A stretch of 44,644 nucleotides of DNA from Basidioascus undulatus (Eukaryota). The notes below the pieces were generated by a model that was given only the letters and a program-made list of their open reading frames with translations, made no database searches and had not been told where the DNA came from. The DNA lies in NCBI GenBank assembly GCA_000826855.1, contig JTLS01000024.1, positions 1 to 44,644 of the forward strand, read 5' to 3'. Positions 40,573 through 44,644 of the stretch are shown in pieces (position 1 is the first letter of the stretch; each line of letters begins with the position of its first letter). Both the position numbers and the translations under genes were made by a program.

Positions 40573-43201
40573 ATGCGCGCCTCCCGCTTTCTCCTCTTCA
40601 CTGCTACCCTCGCGTCCTTGCAGGCGCTCGTCCTCGCCGCCTCCGCCGACGACTGGCGCAACCGCTCGATCTACCAAGTCGTAACTGACGTGAATATCCG
40701 CTATTTTCTCAGTAGCTGCTCGGGGCAAAGATGAAGGAGGTGCTAATCGATGCTGGGCCACCAGCGCTTCGCGGTTTCCGACAACTCTAGCCCGTCTTGC
40801 CCGACTGAGGAGCGCAAGTACTGTGGAGGAACGTGGAAGGGGATAAGTGCGTGTACATTCTATTCCAATGTAGGCTTTGGGCTGATGTGAGCGGCCTGGC
40901 AGCCAACCACCTGGACTACATCCAAGTATCACCTTGTCCCAATCTCGCGTGCGGTTCTAGAATACTGATGAGAGGGGATCTTGCAGGCGCTCGGCTTCGA
41001 TGCTGTTTACCCCTCTCCCATCGTTGCTAACAGTGAGTGAAACCGATACACCAACTCCCTGCTCCTTCACACCCTGAAGCAACTTGCCCTTTGTCGAACA
41101 GTCGAAGGAACCGTGAGTCTTTTTCGGTGCCCACGGCTCCTCTCACTCTCTTTTCTCTGAAAGTATTGGCCTGTTACCACCCAGACGCCCTACGGCGAGG
41201 CATACCACGGCTACTGGCCGCAGGACATCTTCGCGGTGGGTCTCCCACGTCACTGTCCCTTCCCCTTCTCTCGCAGAGCGCGAAATGAAGTATCTAACGA
41301 AGGTGACCTGCAGCTCAACCCCCATTTCGGGACGGAGTCCGACCTGGTGGAACTCATCACGGAGGTGCACAAGCGCGGGATGTATTTCATGCTGGATGTC
41401 GTGGTCAACCATGTGCGTGTGCTTTGTGGCTGTTCCAAACATTCCTCCCTCACGCTTCATGGGTACACCGGACAGGTCGGCGCTACCCAAGTTCCACCCC
41501 AACTGTCGTACCACGACTACGTGCCGTTCAACCAGAGCTCGGACGTGCGTCGTTTCATGCCCATCTATCATTTCCTTGTCGGTGACGGCTGACCTAAGGC
41601 TGAAAGAGCAGTACCATCCCCTTTGCTGGATCACCGGTACGCCTATCGGCTCCGTTCATTCTAGCCGAACTTTGGCGATGGGGCACTGATGAGGTGGCAT
41701 TCCAACAGACTACACCAACCAGACGCAAGTCGAGCAATGCTGGTTGGGCGACACGAATGTCGCGCTTGCGGACGTCGCGACACACAGGCTTGATGTGCGA
41801 GAGACGTACAACAACTGGATAAGGGAGGTTGTGCAGAAGTACAACGTGCGTCGCCTCTATCCTGACGAAGGCTCCGGGAAGCTTACTCATGCAGAGTTCG
41901 TTGTCCTTCCTCCAGATCGACGGATTGCGCCTCGACACTGTCAAGCATGTTGAGAAGGACTTCTTCAAGGGCTTCGGCGACGCCGCTGGAGGTGCGTTTC
42001 CGCCCATAGACTTGGCACCTCCTCGTCGTACACTGACAGAAATGCTGAGAATTCTTCGATACAGTCTTTACCTTCGGCGAAGTCCTCGACGGCCGAGTCG
42101 AGTATGTTGCAGGCTACCAAGACGTTGTGCGTTTTTTGTTCTCATTTCTATCGTGGCGCACACCTCTCACAGTGCACCTGCAGATCGACTCCGCCTACAA
42201 CTACCCCGTTTATTACGCGCTCACCGCCGCGTTCAATACCACCTCTTCGGGAACTGGGGACATGCGCGTCCTCGCGAGGGCCATCGCAAATGTGAATAGC
42301 ACGTTCAAGGACCCGACTGTCCTGGGCGTGTTTATCGAGAATCAGGTACGGAACTGCTCGTTGACATAAGAGCCAAAGGCTGTGACTGTGGATTTCGCTA
42401 ATTGGATTGGGGAAAATAGGACGTCGCCCGCTTCCAGTCGCTCATCAAAGACGAAGTCCTCGTGCAAAATGCGCAAACGTTCACTTTCGGCAAGTCAATG
42501 TTCAGCGTGTTTGCCTGACATGCAGTGGAAAAATCTCTTATAGGTATGGGATTCTTCAGTGGGCGATGGAATCCCTCTGCTCTATTACGGGCAGGAGGCA
42601 TCCTACGCTGGAGGTGCTGACCCGGCGAACCGCGAGGCGTTCTGGACGGCTGCGTACGAGACAGAGAAGCCGTTAGCGCAGCTTGCTCTGCGGCTGGTGT
42701 GTCTGCTCCTTCGCGATCCTCCGAAACCCTTCGTACAGAACATAATTGACGCTTTTGTTCCTTCAGAACCAAGCCCGCAAAGCAGCGATCGCCTCCTCTT
42801 CCTCCTTCCTCACGACCCGGCAGCGTATCCTCAACTCGACCTCCACGCACCTCGCGCTCTCCAAATACCCCCTCACGACACTCCTCAGCTCCGTCGGCTC
42901 CTCCGCCGCCAGCCACACCCAAACGATCACCGGCGCACCGTATAAGCCGAACGAGGCGCTCGTCGAGATCGTCAGCTGCACGCCGACATCCGCGGACGCC
43001 GAGGGGAACGTGCAGGTTACCGTTAGCGGCGGGTTGCCCCTAGTCTGGATCCCGGAAGATTTGGTTGAGGGGACGGGGATATGTTCCGGAAGCGCGAGCG
43101 GGATGAGGATGACCTCGGCGGGGGTGAGGGTGGCAGCGGAGGTGAGATGGGTGGCGTGGATGGGACTGGCTGCGGCGGGGTTGGCGATGCTTTCGCATTA
43201 A
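40573..43201 (+). CDS. GH13 alpha-amylase-like protein (fungal GH13_1 type) with signal peptide and GPI-like C-terminal tail
   Basis: Signal peptide, then ASADDWRNRSIYQVVTDRF, YCGGTWKG, AYHGYW, DVVVNH, DGLRLDTVKH, FGEVLD, FIENQD and GIPLLYYGQE..GGADPANRE. A hydrophobic tail ends the protein. Confidence 0.93.
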
Positions 43202-43411
43202 TTTATGAGGATCGTTATACATTTCCAATCACGTTATTGCTGCTAGCATTCCAACCTGGTGGAAAGCCTGTGGAAGTCATGTCCTTCTGCGATTGTTCAT
43301 CGGGCCTCTAAAGCTTCACCCTCTTCAAATATTGGGCTAATCTTTCTGTGCAAGTTGAGTCTGTAGCAATGCAATAACCAACATCCCCATACATCAACGA
43401 CCCCGTGCCCC

Positions 43412-44644
43412 TCACCGCAACCAGCTCCCCTTGACCCCGCCCGCAACCCGTGCCCACCTCTCGAGCCTCCCCTCCTCATCAACCTCCACGACGCTGAGCC
43501 CCCCGCCGTCGCGCGTGCAGCCTTCCGCGCCGGGCAGGTCCACCTGCGGGGGCGCAAGCGGCGTGGCGAACGGGCCCTTTACCTTCCGCGCGAGACGGTC
43601 CTCCGCGTCTGCCCAGAACATCACCCACCCGCCCGCTGCGACCGCAGCAGGCGTTTGTCCGGGGATGCGCAGGAAGCCAGAGGAGCGCTCGAAATACCAC
43701 TGTAAAGGAAGGAGAGATGAAGCCGCAAGATGGAGACGGATGGCGGAGGAAGCAACGCACCTTGTTGACCGGGTTGTTTCCCCGCGAACGCCAGACCAAG
43801 TCACGGCCGATGCCCTTGCCGCCGAGGCCGCCGTTAGTGTTGAGCGCGTCGAGAAGGCCGAGACCGAAAGACTCGTCCCGAAGGGCAATCCAGAGGAAGT
43901 CGACAGTACCGTCGCCTGTGCAGAGATAAAGTCAGAAGCCGAGGAAATGTGAATGGAGGGAAGGATCGGAGAACGCGCCTTGTGAAGACGGAAGCACAGC
44001 AAACTTGTCGAGATAAGCGACCGGCGGCGAGTCGGGGTCTTGCGGGTCACGCTCATTCGTGACGACCGCGGCGCCGACGTAGTCGCCCGCGACGATGACG
44101 AAGTCGAGGTCGGTTCTGAGCCGCTCGAAGAACGGCTCGCGGTCGAGCACGTGCCCAAAGCTCGCCTCGAGCAGGCGCGTGAGCTTGTCCTGGTCGACGT
44201 CCTCGAACTTGCGCAGCACGCGGATCGGCACGCCGTAGCGGATGACGGTGGGCGTGTGCGCAGTGATGCGGTCGCTCGTGACGAGGAGCTCGTGCGGGAG
44301 GGAGGCCGAGTGCGCGGGCCGATTCGTGATCAGGTTGGAGACGAGGCCCATCGCGGAGCGGTGGCCGACGATGACGGCTGAAGACGTGCGCGGCATGTGC
44401 TCGAGACAGCGGTGGGCGAGGGCGAGGTTGGACAGCGCGGTGGGGTGCGACGAGGACCAGACGAAGGTCGAGGCGATGTGGGCATGCTCGGAGTTGAGGT
44501 TGATCGAGAGGTGGGGAAGACCGGAGCGCGCGGGGGAGGGGATCCCGCCTGTGCGCGTGATGCTGAGGAGGCGGAGGGGTGTGAGGTCGATGGAGAGGTG
44601 GGGAAGACCGGAGCGCGCGGGGGAGGGGATCCCGCCTGTGCGCG
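43412..44644 (-). CDS. ARG2: Mitochondrial N-acetylglutamate synthase (amino-acid acetyltransferase), 3' part
   Basis: [50 protein letters not shown] and [21 protein letters not shown] match the fungal NAGS NAT domain. Confidence 0.9.
44506..44644. repeat. Direct repeat with 87-bp period inside ARG2 (identical 52-bp copies at 44506-44557 and 44593-44644)
   Basis: GAGAGGTGGGGAAGACCGGAGCGCGCGGGGGAGGGGATCCCGCCTGTGCGCG occurs twice. The second copy runs to the window edge. Confidence 0.95.

Noticed and set aside
34525..44644. ARG2 as part of an amino-acid cluster with the permease and oxidase
   Set aside because: It is separated from them by an unrelated GH13 gene, and nothing beyond proximity links them.

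Overview
This is eukaryotic, intron-dense fungal DNA. The short introns, frequent GTGCGT/GTTCGT donors and GC-rich exons suggest a basidiomycete, probably Pucciniomycotina-like (inference). Genes that look intact, in order: DNA polymerase delta catalytic subunit (5' end outside the window), a GMC oxidoreductase, a hypothetical protein, kinetochore Mis12, Atg2, a PCI-like protein, a DAO-family FAD oxidoreductase divergent from an amino-acid permease, a secreted GH13 alpha-amylase-like protein with a GPI-like tail, and the 3' part of N-acetylglutamate synthase (Arg2). Two accessory blocks (about 12-20 kb and 27-32 kb) hold a frameshifted MFS transporter and several decaying F-box/LRR-like genes. 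I found no rRNA, tRNA, CRISPR array or recognisable transposon, and no clear-cut novel multi-gene system. The best leads are: the ATG2 start codon split by an intron; a perfect 18-bp palindrome centred in the oxidoreductase/permease bidirectional promoter; the GH13 enzyme's His-to-Gln change in region IV and its stop/start-overlapping uORF; an 87-bp in-frame duplication in ARG2; and the F-box pseudogene clusters. Exon boundaries were read by eye and gene identities come from recognised motifs, not database searches.
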